A DNA stretch of 64,000 nucleotides, from assembly GCF_964194025.1 (NCBI RefSeq), contig NW_027452803.1, forward strand, positions 1-64,000, in the 5' to 3' direction. The notes under the pieces are model-generated. The model searched no databases. It was not told the DNA's origin and was given only the letters and a program-made list of their open reading frames with translations. The stretch is from Convolutriloba macropyga (lineage: Eukaryota). Shown piece after piece: positions 1 through 14,440 of the stretch. Each line of letters begins with the position of its first letter. Position 1 is the first letter of the stretch. The position numbers were made by a program, and so were the translations under genes.

Positions 1-2050
1 TGTTTTCGAACTAGTATCAACGTCATCTTGGCTTGGTATCTCTACTATATAAATTGCATATAGATGCACTTTGTTTAAAGATCCTTCAACTAAGATATGT
101 AAATTTCATTTCTAATTTCTGAGAAAACATTTTTTTGGGCAATCTTTCCAAGAAAGCTTGCACAACGAAATTTACTCTAATCTCTCAGCGTCATCATGAT
201 ATGTTTTCTCAGCAAGAACTTTTAGTAATCAGTAATTTTTCAGACTCACTTTGAGTTTGGTTGCTGAGAGCTCCTCAAAATACCTGAGCAGGTATTAGGT
301 TTTGTTTCTCAAAAGCATTTCTGAGTTTTTTGTAATTGTTTTTAGTAGCAATTTCCAGCAAGTAATCATTGCATCAGTTCTCAGCCCTACAAAAATCTAA
401 TATCTCTTATCAGTGTATAAATGATTAGCATATGCAACTCAGGAATATCATCAGCTATTTTACGAGGTGCCAGCCAGTTTCGCAAAAAATTTTCCAACTC
501 AAATTGAATGATATATGCCATTATAATTCCCGTGCAAATAAAAGGCTCCAACAAAAACATGTCAGCGGTTTTTGTTCAAGTGGCAATTTTTCACGCAGCG
601 TACGTCTGTTTTGCGCGTGCTTTCAAACCAGATTTCAAGTGATTCTTACTAATAGTACTAATAGGTCACGCCTAGAAACACAAAAATTTTGGTGTTTTAT
701 TTGACATTTAGGCAAAACCAGTATAAGTTGTCTTAAAACTTAATTGTTTCATTCTCCAGAATAATCGATAATTTTCACTTAATATGTACTAGTTCACAGT
801 TGTCATCCCAAGGCATTTTGAATTCTTCAAACGTTCAAATTTTCTTTCGCAAGGGATCGGGTTTACGAACTCCTGTCACCAGCCTAGCAGCCGTAGCCGT
901 TCCAATTTTTCTTAAAACTCAAATCCATTTATATGCGTGAGCTCGACTTGGTTTTCATCAAAATTGGGCTACCAGAAAAATCTCTATCTTATTGAATAAA
1001 GCACTTATTTCGCTTTCATTGTTTTTCTCTAAGTTTTGTAAAGAATCGAAATTGAAAGAATTAAAGATCTGATTTCAAGTACCGGCTTAATTTTGAGTTG
1101 GAAATTAGGACATTGAAATTGAATTTTTTTTACTATCTTTTTTTCGAGAGTTTTTGCACCTAAGAGGCTTTGCGTCATATCCTGTCGATAGGAGTTCAAT
1201 ATTGGACTTGTATAAAATACGCTGAACTTATTGAAAACGACCTTTAAACTCTTAACTACCAAATTAGAAACCATAGATAAGAAAGGAAAATGAACTAAGC
1301 AAAATGATTCGCCAGAATCTTGGCTCGGGTTGTTACACAAACAGCGAAGCAAGTGCAATGAAACCCTTTTGTTAACTGGGGCGTCGAACGTTTTTTTATG
1401 TCCACTCAACTGGGGTGCGGGGGGGGGGGTCCGAAACAAAATGGATCCCAAAACGCCAAAGATTGTGCTCTAAAGAAATTTGAACTAAAATGGAACCCCA
1501 AAACTCTAAAAATTATGCTCGAAAGCAAACACGAGTGACTAGGTGAGCAACTCAAACTTGCCCCAACCGAGGCAAAGGAAATTGTACCGCGAGTTATTTA
1601 AAGTTGCGCAGAAATTCCGTGCCCTTGTTGAGCCGCCATAGCGCATTTTCCCTATGTTCCTCTTTTTTTGCGAAAGCTTTAGCAATTTTAAAGTCTCTCA
1701 TTTTTTCTTAAGCGGCGATAGAACAGGTTTAATTCTGTTCTAAATTCTTCAAAGAAGCTAAAGAGGCTAAAACAACAGCTAAGGCATATTTCCAGCATTT
1801 TCTGCAAGGTAGCTTTCTTGCAAGAGTCTTTGAACTTTGTGGACAGTTATCTGGCAAAGACTCGTGCAAATCTGACAAAAAGACTCGTTATCTTGAAAAT
1901 CTGACAAGGTTCTTACAAGATCTTGCAAGATGATGCGTAATCGTGCAAGATTCGTGCCAGCATCTTGAAGCCGGAAAAATAACCGTGCCGGAAAAATAAC
2001 CGTCCGATTATTTCTGCTCGATTAAAAAGACGCTTTAGGTCTCTACTTAC

Positions 2051-2450
2051 ATTCCCATTGATAAACTTCACCCAGATGGAGGCTGGCAATCTGTTCACTT
2101 GACCGATGAGGGCGAGATTGTTGCCTCCAAAAAGAGAGCTTGTGAGGTGGCTCTTCCAGAAGATCTGGCAGTCCTTCCACTTCCAGGTTACTGTTTGGCA
2201 GACTATTACTAAATGCAATTATATGAAATATTGTTCCTTTTTCTACCATGTATTACTTAATTCTGGCATAATTGTTCGTTGTGATTCTGGAATATCTTTT
2301 CCTGGATTGTTTCTTACCCAAGCTGAGGAGCCAGAACGAAGTATGAAATTTCCAACCCATCTAAAACGAATGTCCAGACAGACCCCCTCACTCGTGCGTT
2401 CATAATTCATCCAGACATACGTGATTTTGTTTGGGATCTCACCATGGGTA
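2051..2450 (-). other. Possible pair of short spliced exons (2450-2318 and 2208-2051), product unknown
   Basis: On the minus strand both segments end in GTAAG donors and are preceded by T-rich TTAG acceptors. One frame (ATG at 2403) stays open across the junction: MNARVRGSVWTFVLDGLEISYFVLAPQLG-NSLPNSNLEVEGLPDLLEEPP... No homology recognised. Confidence 0.25.
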
Positions 2451-4654
2451 CTAACAACAATTAACTATTGCAGCATGAGAGGCCTCAGCAACCGTCGCTT
2501 GGAGAGCAAAAAACTTGTTTATATCAAGTGGAAAAACTTATATCCAGCTCGTGTGGAAAATTTCACTGGTTATTGTTCCAACCCACACAGTGAGAGGAGG
2601 AACTATACTCAAATGGGTTTTTTTTGTTTAGTCAACGTTGGCCGATCGATATAATTATTGCAAAGAATCGAGAGTGATATCATTAGAAAGCTCTTCCAGC
2701 ATCGAATTTGAAATTCAAAAGAATTTTTTGAGTTTCCCTTTTTCCAGGAGTTATAATGGCTTGAAGTTTTAGTTAATATTTCACATTTTGGTGTGATATT
2801 ATTCACTTTCAGCGTCCTTTTTGATCAAGTTTAGATTTTTCATATCAAAAAATCAATTAAACTTTGTTTTTTTTTTCACAGCTTTTTTCAAAAATTTTCA
2901 CAAGTTTTTGGTTTTCCTCATGTCATTCAGAGACAAATCAATTTTCACGTTAAGGTTCCACTATTAACAAAACTCAATTGTGGTCAAATGAGGCATAATT
3001 TACAATACTTTTTTTTCAGGGAATCATCGCTCATGGATTCTTTGGCTTCAAAAAATGTTTATCTAATTTGTGTGAATTTTCGGGTTTTGCCTGCATTTGT
3101 TGCATTTTTTGAGGTCCTATGGCTTAATTTTGTTCAAGAAAAGTGCCATTGGTTATATAAAAATGATAAAGAGAACCAATCTATAGCGTTGAAATCATAC
3201 TCGATGGTTGTTAAGACTTTGAAACTATTTTTTGAAAAAAACCTTACACATTTCTTGTAAATTACTTCTTGGAAAAACTCATTTCTGTTAATTTGTTGGT
3301 CGCTCTGACTATTGGCAGGCCCTATAGGACTAAAAACGAATCAAAAACAGTCTGGTTAGCGGTTTTATCCTTAAAATAACGGTTTTATGACTTTAAGGTA
3401 ACGAGTTTTCATAGTTCTTGTTGATTTTTGATTTTCCTTTGAAAGTTTGGTTCTTTTCGTATCTCGTTATCACCATAATGAAAGTTCTCATTGGTGTTGA
3501 AAAAAGTCTTATGTGAACACAAAATCAGCGAATAAGTTTTGGCTTCAAAAGCACTGACAGTTTCTTCTTGCACTTTTCGTATGAATACTCAAATTTGCCT
3601 GTATTTGTTCGTAGGATATACTCTGATTAGTGATAAATCTAACAGGGTTTTAATTGAGATATTTTAGCTGATTCAAAATTTTCCATTCAATAACATTTTT
3701 CATCAATGACTTCCACGGTGCTCTCTCGCATTTTATTTTCCAGAGTTTGCATCTAATGTGTTTTTCTTTGAAGTCGCACGAAATTTTCTTTTTAAAGACA
3801 GATCTCAAATTTTTCTCTAGAGGGTTACTGAAACTATTCAATGCCATCAGTTGGTAGCCAAGGGTGTTTTGATGATATTGATCTAATTTGATCTTAAAAT
3901 ATTTTCGATTTTTTTTTCGAATTTCCCACTTTTCTTCTTTCTATCATTTTGCAACTTAATCTCATCAATTAGAGGTCCCATACACTTTCTTTTGTTCTAA
4001 ATGTCAAACAGTTTTTGTGTTTTGTGTTGCAACCTATGTTCGATCTCTTGGACAGTATGCATTTTCTTAAAATTTTTGTGAGTGAGCAATATTCTCGTTT
4101 CTTGTGTTGTTTTTTAAAAAAATTTTGTTAAAAACGAGTTGCATTGATTTTTATATCAGACACAAGAAATTTATACAACTTTTCAATTTTTTTGTCAACT
4201 GAATTGAAACAATTAAATTTTAATTATCATACTTAATATATGGATAATAGCTGATAATTTTAATGGCTTCAATATTTTGTGATAATTGTAAATTGTAGTT
4301 TTTCTCTTTTTCTGTATCTGTTGTTATTTGGCACTCTTTTTCTATCACATATTTTTACTGCACCCATTGGACTCTTGTTTTATTACAAAAATGATAACGA
4401 CAATTTTCGTGCAAGTAATATATTTGTAATCGGTTTTAAATTTATTTTGATTTGAGTGCACGCTGTTGCAGGAGAATTCGCTATCATTCAAGGTATACGC
4501 TGCATTCAAGGTAGCTCCTATATTTGTTACAGGAATGTGCTAGAAACAACTAGTTCATCATCCATCCCCCAGCTTAAGCAAATATAGATTAACGCATTTA
4601 TAGGCAACCAAATATAAATTACAAAAAATTTATGACTTTGCTATTTAGAATTAT

Positions 4655-4902
4655 CCCGTACTTAAAGCCATGTCAATATCAGTACTAGCCAAGTCTAATT
4701 CCTAGTCTCGATATCAGTACTGATTCAGAGCTATGATCTTAACATATTTAAGACTTGTCAGACTTGGCCAAAACTTGGGAAGTCTAAGCCAAGTGCAAAA
4801 ATATAGTTCCGTACGCAAATTTCAAGTGAGCAAATTAAAATACATGGAAGACTTGCATTATTAATCGCCCAGTACTGATTAACACTTGGAGTTCGGCACG
4901 GG
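4655..4902. mobile_element. MITE, CCCG...CGGG ends, 2-bp AT flanks (copy 1)
   Basis: Left end cccgtacttaaagccatgtcaatatcagtac vs reverse complement of right end cccgtgccgaactccaagtgttaatcagtac (imperfect ~30-bp TIR). AT on both sides. Confidence 0.6.
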
Positions 4903-6579
4903 ATAATTTTCTGGCAAGTTAAACAATGACTTTAAAAACAAAGTTGTATTTTGTTTCAGAAAAAACACTCACACCGTGATCCCACTGTCGAGACTAGCTA
5001 CTTCTCAACTGTGCTGAAACGGTTATTTCAATGAGACTCAGAAGTAACTCGGAGTTTTTCTAGTGAAACCACGGTAAATTATTAATTGAGAAACACATAC
5101 ATCTATTCATCATTCCATAATGGAAACAACAATTTTTTTTGGGATCTATTATTTTTTGATGGCGTTGTTTATGACCGCCAGTTGCAATTTATATATGTAT
5201 TCTGGCTGCAAAGCACGTGTGCATAATGTGCAAATAAAAAAAGCATCTGTGTATATGGGGAGGTAAATGTTGAACATCTTCCGGTTTGGAGGCTGTGGGG
5301 CAGAGAAGAGATCCCATGTTTCGTAGTTTGATTTGTATGTATTTTTGGATTTTATAATAATGAGGCTGAGGTTCTAGAGAGATCAGGTGTGTCACTATAG
5401 TGTATAAACAAAAATAGTTAATTTTCATACCATTATAACTAATGTTCAACCATTGCCGCTCTGTTTCTTACAAACTGTTTCTGGGCAATAAGATCTGGCG
5501 GTTTCCCATTCATTTCTACGCCCTTTTGAAACGGTGTATAAATTGATACGCCTAATAAGCAACCTCCTGACAGTCTAGTTGAGCCATTATTTGTGCAAAA
5601 ACAGTCCACTTATTAGTGGCTTAACAAAGATTGAAAGAGACTTACACGGTGCTTTCTCTCATTTTTTCCAGAGTTTGAATCTAATTTGTTTTTCTTTGAA
5701 GCTGCACGAAATTTTCTTCTTAAAGACAGATCTCAAATTTTCCTCTAGAGAGATATTGAAACTATTCAACGCCATCAGGTGATAGCGAATGGTGTTTTGA
5801 TGATATTGATATAATTTGATCTTAAAAATTTTAGATTTTTTTTCGAAATTCTCCAGTTTTGTTCTTCTTTCTGTCATTTTGCAACTTAATCTCATCAATG
5901 AGAAGTCCCATACACTTTTTTTTGTTTTAATGTCAAATATTTTTTTTGTTTTATGTTGCATCCGATTTTCGATCTCTTACACAGTATGAATTTTCTTAAA
6001 TTTTTTTTGAGTGAGCAATTTTCTCGTTTCTTTTGTTGTTCTTTAAAATAGATTTGTTGAAAACAAGTTGCACTGATTTTCAATTGAGACACAAGTGAAC
6101 TTAAACATTCTTTCAGTTATTTGTTAAATGAATTGTAACAATTAAAATTTAATTATAACTCTTAATATTTAGATAGTAGCTGATAATTTTAATGGCTTCA
6201 AAATTTTGTGATAATTGTAAATGGTATTTTTTTCTCCTTTTCTATATCTGTTGTTATTCGGCGCTCTTTTTCTATCACATATTCTTACTGCACCCATTGA
6301 TTTTTTGTTTTTTTTACAAAATTGATAAGGACAACTTTCGTGCAAGTATAATATTTGTAATCGGTTTTAAATTTATTTTGAATTGAATGCACGCGCTGTT
6401 TCAGGAGAATTCGCTATCATTCAAGGTTTACGCCGCATCTTCCTTATTTTTTACAGAAACGTGCTAGAAATAACTAGTTCATCATCCATCCCCCCAGCTT
6501 AAGCAAATATAGATTAACGCATTTGTAGGCAACCAGTTATAAATTACAAAAAATTTATAACTTTGCTATTTAGAATCAC

Positions 6580-6835
6580 CCCGTACTTAACGCCAAGTCA
6601 ATATCAGTACAGGGCAAGTCTAGTTCCAAGTCTCGATATCAGTACTGATTCAGAGCTATGATCATAACATATTTAAGACTTGTCAGACTTGGCTAAGACT
6701 TGGCAAGTCTAAGCCAATCGCAAAATTAAAGTTCCTTTCGCAAAGTTCAAGTGAGAAAGCGAGAAAATTATAATACATGGGAGACTTGCATTTACAATCG
6801 CCCAGTACTGATTAACACTTGGAGTTCGGCACGGG
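6580..6835. mobile_element. MITE, CCCG...CGGG ends (copy 2, carried by the triplication)
   Basis: Same element as 4655-4902 at the equivalent position of the unit. Confidence 0.6.
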
Positions 6836-7014
6836 ATAAACTTTTTGCAAGTTAATCATTAACTTTAAAAACAAAGTTTTAAAATTTAGGGTTCAGTTAT
6901 AAACTGTTTGCCTACATATGCTTTATTTTTATGCGTTATATGATGAATATTTTTTGCAAAACTTTTTAAAGCAATTTAAATTTTTTAAATATTTATCCTT
7001 TAATCCCTCTATTT

Positions 7015-7144
7015 NNNNNNNNNNNNNNNNNNNNNNNNNNNNNNNNNNNNNNNNNNNNNNNNNNNNNNNNNNNNNNNNNNNNNNNNNNNNNNNNNNNNNN
7101 NNNNNNNNNNNNNNNNNNNNNNNNNNNNNNNNNNNNNNNNNNNN
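7015..7144. other. 130-N run
   Basis: Seen directly. Confidence 0.99.
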
Positions 7145-9386
7145 CATGCCGATTTTTACTTTGCTGTGTGTTATGGCGATTCAGTAAAGTCCATAAAAAC
7201 ACTTGGGGGTAGGGGTTGTTGATAGGGGGGGTTGTTAATACAATATACGAAATGACTTGACTAGCCAGATATTGAACAGAAAAAGAAAATGCTTTTGAAT
7301 AGAATGATCTATAATGTTCTCGGGTTGGTTTTATGGTCATGGATGGGCCATAAAAGTCTATGGTCTTGGATATGGTATCCAAGACACCATAAAATTTTTA
7401 TCACGAGTAGTTTTTAAATCTCCATTTTTATCGTCTGAAACCCGCATAGGACATTGTTAAAATCATTTTTGTGTCAAAAAAAGATGTTGCACAAAAAAGT
7501 TTCATGGTCTTGGATGGGCCATAAAAGTCTATGGTCTTGGATATGGTATCCAAGGCACCATAGAAAAAAAATTTATTGAAGGCCAATGGCAACTACGATA
7601 TATATGTTGTACTACGTGGTCCAAAAGACGTCATTTGAGATCACCTTTAAGTTTTTGTATGGTCTTATGTATGGTATCAAAGAAGCCATACAACCATACA
7701 TGTCTTACGCATGGTTTCCAAGAAACATTTATGGTGGTCATCCCGGGTTTTCATACCAACCGATACTTTGTTTCAGAAAAAACACTCACACCGTGACCCC
7801 ACTGTCGAGACTAGCTACTTCTCAACTGTGCTGAAACGATCATTTCAATGAGACTCAGAAGTAACTCGAAGTATTTCTAGTAAAACCATGATAAATTAAT
7901 AAATAAGAAACGCAGACATCCGTTCATCATTCCATAATGGAAACAAAATTTTTTGGATCTATTCTCTTTTGATGGCGTTGTTTATGACCGCCAGTTGCAA
8001 TTTATATATGTATTCTGGCTGTAAAGCACGTGTGCATAATGTGCAAAAAAAGCATCTGTGTATATGGGGAGGTAAATGTTGAACATCTTCCGGTTTGGAG
8101 GCTGTGGGGCAGAGAAGAGATCCCATGTTTCGTAGTTTGATATGTATGTATTTTTGGATTTTATAATAATGAGGCTGAGGTTCTAGAGAGATCAGGTGTG
8201 TCACTATAGTGTATAAACAAAAACAGTTATTTTTCATACCATTATAACTAATGTTCAACCATTGTCGCTCTGTTTCTTACAAACTGTTTCTGGGCAATAA
8301 GATCTGGCGGTTTCCCATTCATTTCTACACCCTTTTGAAACGGTGTATAAATTGATACGCCTAATAAGCAACCTCCTGACAGTCTAGTTGAGCCATTATT
8401 TGTGCAAAAACAGTCCACTTATTAGTGGCTTAACAAAGATTGGAAGAGACTTACACGGTGCTTTCTCTCGTTTTTTTCCAGAGTTTGAATCTAATTTGTT
8501 TTTCTTTGAAGCTGCACGAAATTTTCTTCTTAAAGACAGATCTCAAATTTTCCTCTAGAGAGTTATTGAAACTATTCAACGCCATCAGGTGATAGCGAAT
8601 GGTGTTTTGATGATATTGATATAATTTGATCTTAAAAATTTTAGATTTTTTTTCGAAATTCTCCAGTTTTGTTCTTCTTTCTGTCATTTTGCAACTTAAT
8701 CTCATCAATGAGAAGTCCCATACACTTTTTTTTGTTTTAATGTCAAATATTTTTTTGTTTTATGTTGCATCCGATTTTCGATCTCTTACACAGTATGAAT
8801 TTTCTTAAATTTTTTTTGAGTGAGCAATTTTCTCGTTTCTTTTGTTGTTCTTTGAAATAGATTTGTTGAAAACAAGTTGCACTGATTTTCAATTGAGACA
8901 CAAGTGAACTTAAACATTCTTTCAGTTATTTGTTAAATGAATTCTAACAATTAAAATTTAATTACAACTCTTAATATTAAGATAGTAGCTGATAATTTTA
9001 ATGGCTTCAAAATTTTGTGATAATTGTAAATGGTAGTTTTTCTCCTTTTCTATATCTGTTGTTATTCGGCACTCTTTTTCTATCACATATTCTTACTGCA
9101 CCCATTGATTTTTTGTTTTTTTACAAAATTGATAAGGACAACTTTCGTGCAAGTATAATATTTGTAATCGGTTTTAAATTTATTTTGAATTGAATGCACG
9201 CGCTGTTTCAGGAGAATTCGCTATCATTCAAGGTTTACGCCGCGTCTTCCTTATTTTTTACCGAAACGTGCTAGAAATAACTACTTCATCATCCATCCCC
9301 CCAGCTTAAGCAAATATAGATTAACGCATTTGTAGGCAACCAGTTATAAATTACAAAAAATTTATAATTTTGCTATTTAGAATCAC

Positions 9387-9642
9387 CCCGTACTTAACGC
9401 CAAGTCAATATCAGTACAGGGCAAGTCTAATTCCAAGTCTCGATATCAGTACTGATTCAGAGCTATGATCATAACTTATTTAAGACTTGTCAGACTTGGC
9501 TAAGACTTGGCAAGTCTAAGCCAATTGCAAAATTAAAGTTCCTTTCGCAAAGTTCAAGTGAGAAAGCGAGAAAATTATAATACATGGGAGACTTGCATTT
9601 ACAATCGACCAGTACTGATTAACACTTGGAGTTCGGCACGGG
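9387..9642. mobile_element. MITE, CCCG...CGGG ends (copy 3)
   Basis: Same element as 4655-4902. Confidence 0.6.
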
Positions 9643-9821
9643 ATAAATTTTTTGCAAGTTAATCATTAACTTTAAAAACAAAGTTTTAAAATTTAGGGTT
9701 CAATTATAAACTGTTTGCCTACATATGCTTTATTTTTATGCGTTATATGATGAATATTTTTTGCAAAACTTTTTAAAGCAATTTAAATTTTTTAAATATT
9801 TATCCTTTAATCCCTCTATTT

Positions 9822-9951
9822 NNNNNNNNNNNNNNNNNNNNNNNNNNNNNNNNNNNNNNNNNNNNNNNNNNNNNNNNNNNNNNNNNNNNNNNNNNNNNNN
9901 NNNNNNNNNNNNNNNNNNNNNNNNNNNNNNNNNNNNNNNNNNNNNNNNNNN
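9822..9951. other. 130-N run at the homologous position to 7015-7144
   Basis: Identical flanks (ccctctattt / catgccgattt). Confidence 0.99.
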
Positions 9952-11709
9952 CATGCCGATTTTTACTTTGCTGTGTGTTATGGCGATTCAGTAAAGTCCA
10001 TAAAAACACTTGGGGGTAGGGGTTGTTGATAGGGGGGGGGGTTGTTAATACAATATACGAAATGACTTGACTAGCCAGATATTGAACAGAAAAAGAAAAT
10101 GCTTTTGAATAGAATGATCTATAATGTTCTCGGGTTGGTTTTATGGTCATGGATGGGCCATAAAAGTCTATGGTCTTGGATATGGTATCCAAGACACCAT
10201 AAAATTTTTATCACGAGTAGTTTTTAAATCTCCGTTTTTATCGTCTGAAGCCCGCATAGGACATTGTTAAAATCATTTTTGTGTCAAAAAAAGATGTTGC
10301 ACAAAAAAAGTTTCATGGTCTTGGATGGGCCATAAAAGTCTATGGTCTTGGATATGGTATCCAAGGCACCATAGAAAAAAAATTTATTGAAGGCCAATGG
10401 CAACTACGATATATATGTTGTACTACGTGGTCCAAAAGACGTCATTTGAGATCACCTTTAAGTTTTTGTATGGTCTTATGTATGGTATCAAAGAAGCCAT
10501 ACAACCATACATGTCTTACGCATGGTTTCCAAGAAACATTTATGGTGGTCATCCCGGGTTTTCATACCAACCGATACTTTGTTTCAGAAAAAACACTCAC
10601 ACCGTGACCCCACTGTCGAGACTAGCTACTTCTCAACTGTGCTGAAACGATCATTTCAATGAGACTCAGAAGTAACTCGAAGTATTTCTAGTAAAACCAT
10701 GATAAATTAATAAATAAGAAACGCAGACATCCGTTCATCATTCCATAATGGAAACAAAATTTTTTGGATCTATTCTCTTTTGATGGCGTTGTTTATGACC
10801 GCCAGTTGCAATTTATATATGTATTCTGGCTGTAAAGCACGTGTGCATAATGTGTAAATAGAAGAAGCACGTGTGTATATGGGGAGGTAAATGTTGAACA
10901 TATTCCGGTTTGGGGGCTGTGGGGCAGAGAAGAGATCCTAACATTTTTGTATGCATTTTTGAATTTTTGGATCTTATAATAATGAGGCTGAGGTTCCAGA
11001 GAGATCAGGTGTGTCACTATATTGTATACACAAAAAACAGTTAGTTTTCATACAATTATAACTAATGTTCAACTTTTGTCGCTCTATTTTTTTGAAACAT
11101 GTAAATTACTCACACTATAACCCTAAGGTTAGATATCTACATGCTCTAAAAGGTTAAATAAATTAATCAACATTGTTATTAATATAATAATCAAAAAATT
11201 GTGGCTGTTTAGAACTGTTTCTGGGCAATAAGATCCGGCGGTTACCCATTCATTTCTACACCCTTTTGTAACGATGTATAAATTGATACGCCTAATATGC
11301 AACCTCCTAACAATCTAGCTGAGCCATTATTTGTGCAAAAATTGTCCACTTATTAATGGGTTAACAAAGATTGAAAAAAAAAGAAAAATTTTATTTGACA
11401 CGCTGTGTTTTCATATTGATGTCATTTCGCTTTCACTTGGCACCTCAGCTTGGGTAGAAATTTTATATGTGCTGTATATATGTTATTAATTGCTCTCAAA
11501 CGAAGTTTGTAGCAATTATATTAGTCCTGTCGGTCTTTTTTTTTATGCGATTTTTCGCTTGACCAATTTTTCGTCTGACGCTTTTGACTTTTCGTCCTCA
11601 AAAACGGGATAAACAGGTAGCGCCCAGCGGGCATTATGTGCTCTTAGAGCCTTTCAGGTCTGTTTCAGCTCAAACTGTCTTGGAGACTTATACTTATACT
11701 TATGGTGTG

Positions 11710-11838
11710 AGGGGCGGTTTTTAGAGGTTGACACCCCCCCCCCTTTGTTGACCCCCCACCTCCACTATTGGCTCCACCCCCCCCCCCCCCCACCCAGTGC
11801 TGCCCCCATCAGCCCCCGGTGCACCCCCCCCCCCCCCG
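11710..11838 (-). repeat. Poly-C cluster; G-quadruplex-capable on the minus strand
   Basis: At least six C-runs of 5-14 nt within ~110 bp in otherwise AT-rich DNA. Confidence 0.7.
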
Positions 11839-14440
11839 TGGCTAGCTACTGACCAAGCCAACCGCTCGCCGGTCGTTTGAGAGCAATTCGCCCGACGTTA
11901 GTCGGTTATGTTATCAGTTGTATATCAGTTGCATATCATATATCAAATGTGTTCAGTAATCGACAAAATAAACAAATCATATTGCACATAATACACTTGA
12001 CCTCTTTGTTCCTCCATCTTGCGATTGGTCAAAAACGGTCAAATTGTCATGGGAATTGATGGTTTATGTCCGTTTATCACCATTTTCTTCTGCGTTTTTA
12101 AGAAATGACTGTATTTTTGTGATACTGCCATTTTGACCGTTTTTAGGAGATGGTCATTGTTGGCCTTTTGCGATAAGAAGAAACTTTTTTTCCGATCGTC
12201 AGTTTAAGGAAACGCCAGATTTGAGGAATTGTAATTCTTAAATTAAAACTCATTCTATTCCATACAATGGCGTGCAGGAACATTATTAACAAAAAATTTC
12301 GGTCAATTTTCTTGTATTCGGCGGATATATTTCTCGTGAAATTCACGAGCTGCATCAATAGATTGTAAAGTTAATTCCATAGTCATCAGAGCATTATCAT
12401 GACTTATTCTTAACAGCATACAGAGTGAATTAACAGTATAAAAGAACTGCATAATGGCTTGTTCCACAATAATTTTATAGTGAATGAATGTGCGCTAAAT
12501 TAGCTCAAATTGAGATGCTTTGGCTAGGAATCTAGATCGCTGCGAGGTTTCTAATCTGTGTTCAGAGCTTCCATCTAAAACCACCTGTACCTAAAAGCAA
12601 AACTTTTAAGATTTTTTTAAACAACGAATTTAAGATTTTAAGATTTTCAGCCAAAATTAAGATTTTAGGATTTTTTAAGATTTTAAGCCAAAATTACGAT
12701 CAAATTTTACCTAAAACACGTAAAAAAAAGTTACTTTTGTCCCATTTTTAAACCTAAATGAGCTAATTTAGACACGTGTTTTCGGTCGAGGAATTTGAGG
12801 AAGAAATATGCAAAAAAAATTTTGACAAATCTAACTATGAATTGAGATTTTGTTTCTATTGCTCAGTCATTAATTGCGTATAGAATAATGTCTAAAATTC
12901 ATGTTGAAACAACTTTATCAATAAATTCTAAAAAATCAACCGACTTTTACTCAGTTTTGCGAGTTTTTTGTTATTTTTCAATTTACTGCTTGACTTTAAT
13001 TCTTTTTGTCTTTATTTTTTTGAAGGTAGGTTATAATAAAGTCTGTTTCAAAGGTTTGCGAGAGCATTGAACTGCTCTTTTGCAGAGAAAAAGAAAAGTC
13101 AGGATCGAGAGTGAACAGTTTATTTTGTTTTATGTACTTTTCTTGATCAGCTCGTAGATTATTACCCGTACCCAGGAATTTTGACAAATTTATGTAAGAC
13201 AACCTGTGTCTGGCGTTGTCACGCCTGAAAACTGACCGCAATCTTCTTTTTTAATTTGTGGTGAATGCCTTGGATTGTACTCTTTCTAATCGTAGTTCGT
13301 ACATAATTTTGCATTTAACTTCCAAATTTTCAACTCTTAGAGCTTTGTTTCTGAGAATCGAACCAGTGGTTGTCCCCTTTTCTGCCACTATCCCACCGTT
13401 CTTGATGGTTGTTAGGAGCCACATTCTTTAAAAGTTATGCGCAATCAACACGAAATTCAACGCAAAATTATATAAGCTCATTTAAGCAAATTCAACACAA
13501 TTCAATGCAAAACTAAGAAAGGTCCGCTTAAGAATGCAAAATTATGAAGATCTACGCTCAACCTTAGATTGTACATAAATTCAACGCATGCAGCGCCAAT
13601 CTTACATAGTTTTTTGTTTTTTTTTAGCGTTGACACCTCGGCCCGGTTAAAGTTATGTGCCACGACAAGAACACATTTGTCAACTTTTAAAAACAAAAAA
13701 ATTAAGATGAAAACAGTATATTTGAGGTCAAATTGCCGCGCGTCAAAATTCAAAAACTGTTTCTCACTGAATTTTAAAGACGGCGGAAAAAATTGATGCC
13801 TTAGATCTAAAAGTTTTTCTCTCCTTGTATTGATCCAGCTTGATTACAATCCCAACTAATGTAATTCGTTTTCTCTTCGAACAAAACTTCTAAAATTGTT
13901 TGAAACTCTTAAAAGAAGACACCGCCGCAATGCAATTCAAATTATTTGAATTTTAAAAAGAGGAAATAATTTGTAAATTAAGGACAAAATTATAGTCACA
14001 TTTTTTTTTGTTTCTTAACGCGCATTTATTTTCACCTAGCTTAAAACTAATTTCACGTTTAATTAATTCAGATCTATTCCCCAGTTAAGAGACCGACCCA
14101 GGAAAATAGCCTGGTCGACCGATTTTGTATATAAAAATATTGTGTCGATGAAAGCTTTCGGGTTCTAACATATGTTGACCGATATTGTTCGGGGCTGATC
14201 ACGGTTTGACGATGTGTCAGGTTGCATTAACTAATGAAAAGACGGTGGTGGAATTATATCCGGTACGGAAATACAGTGGGCGGCAGATATTGGCAATGAA
14301 CTATGGCAATACTTTAGGTCTATTTTAGCAGCGTGCTCATCCTGGTAAATGGAATTTATTCCCCTCCTGAATTTTAATAGTTTTTTCATATGTTCGAAAC
14401 ATGGACATTGGTTTCAGATATAAAATTATCTTTAGTGCGA

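Larger units (their letters stand above)
3713..11372. repeat. Tandem segmental triplication, ~2.8-kb unit (copies start ~3713, ~5645, ~8454)
   Basis: The same sequence (cacggtgct..ctc..ccagagtttg) starts each copy. Paired ORFs 6918/9725 are 2807 bp apart. Copy 1 is more diverged and lacks the ~0.9-kb block found at ~6880-7768 in copy 2. Confidence 0.92.

Noticed and set aside
5189-11017. Repeated short ORFs (MNISYNG..., MATTIY...)
   Set aside because: They recur only because the DNA is triplicated; frames are not preserved among copies.
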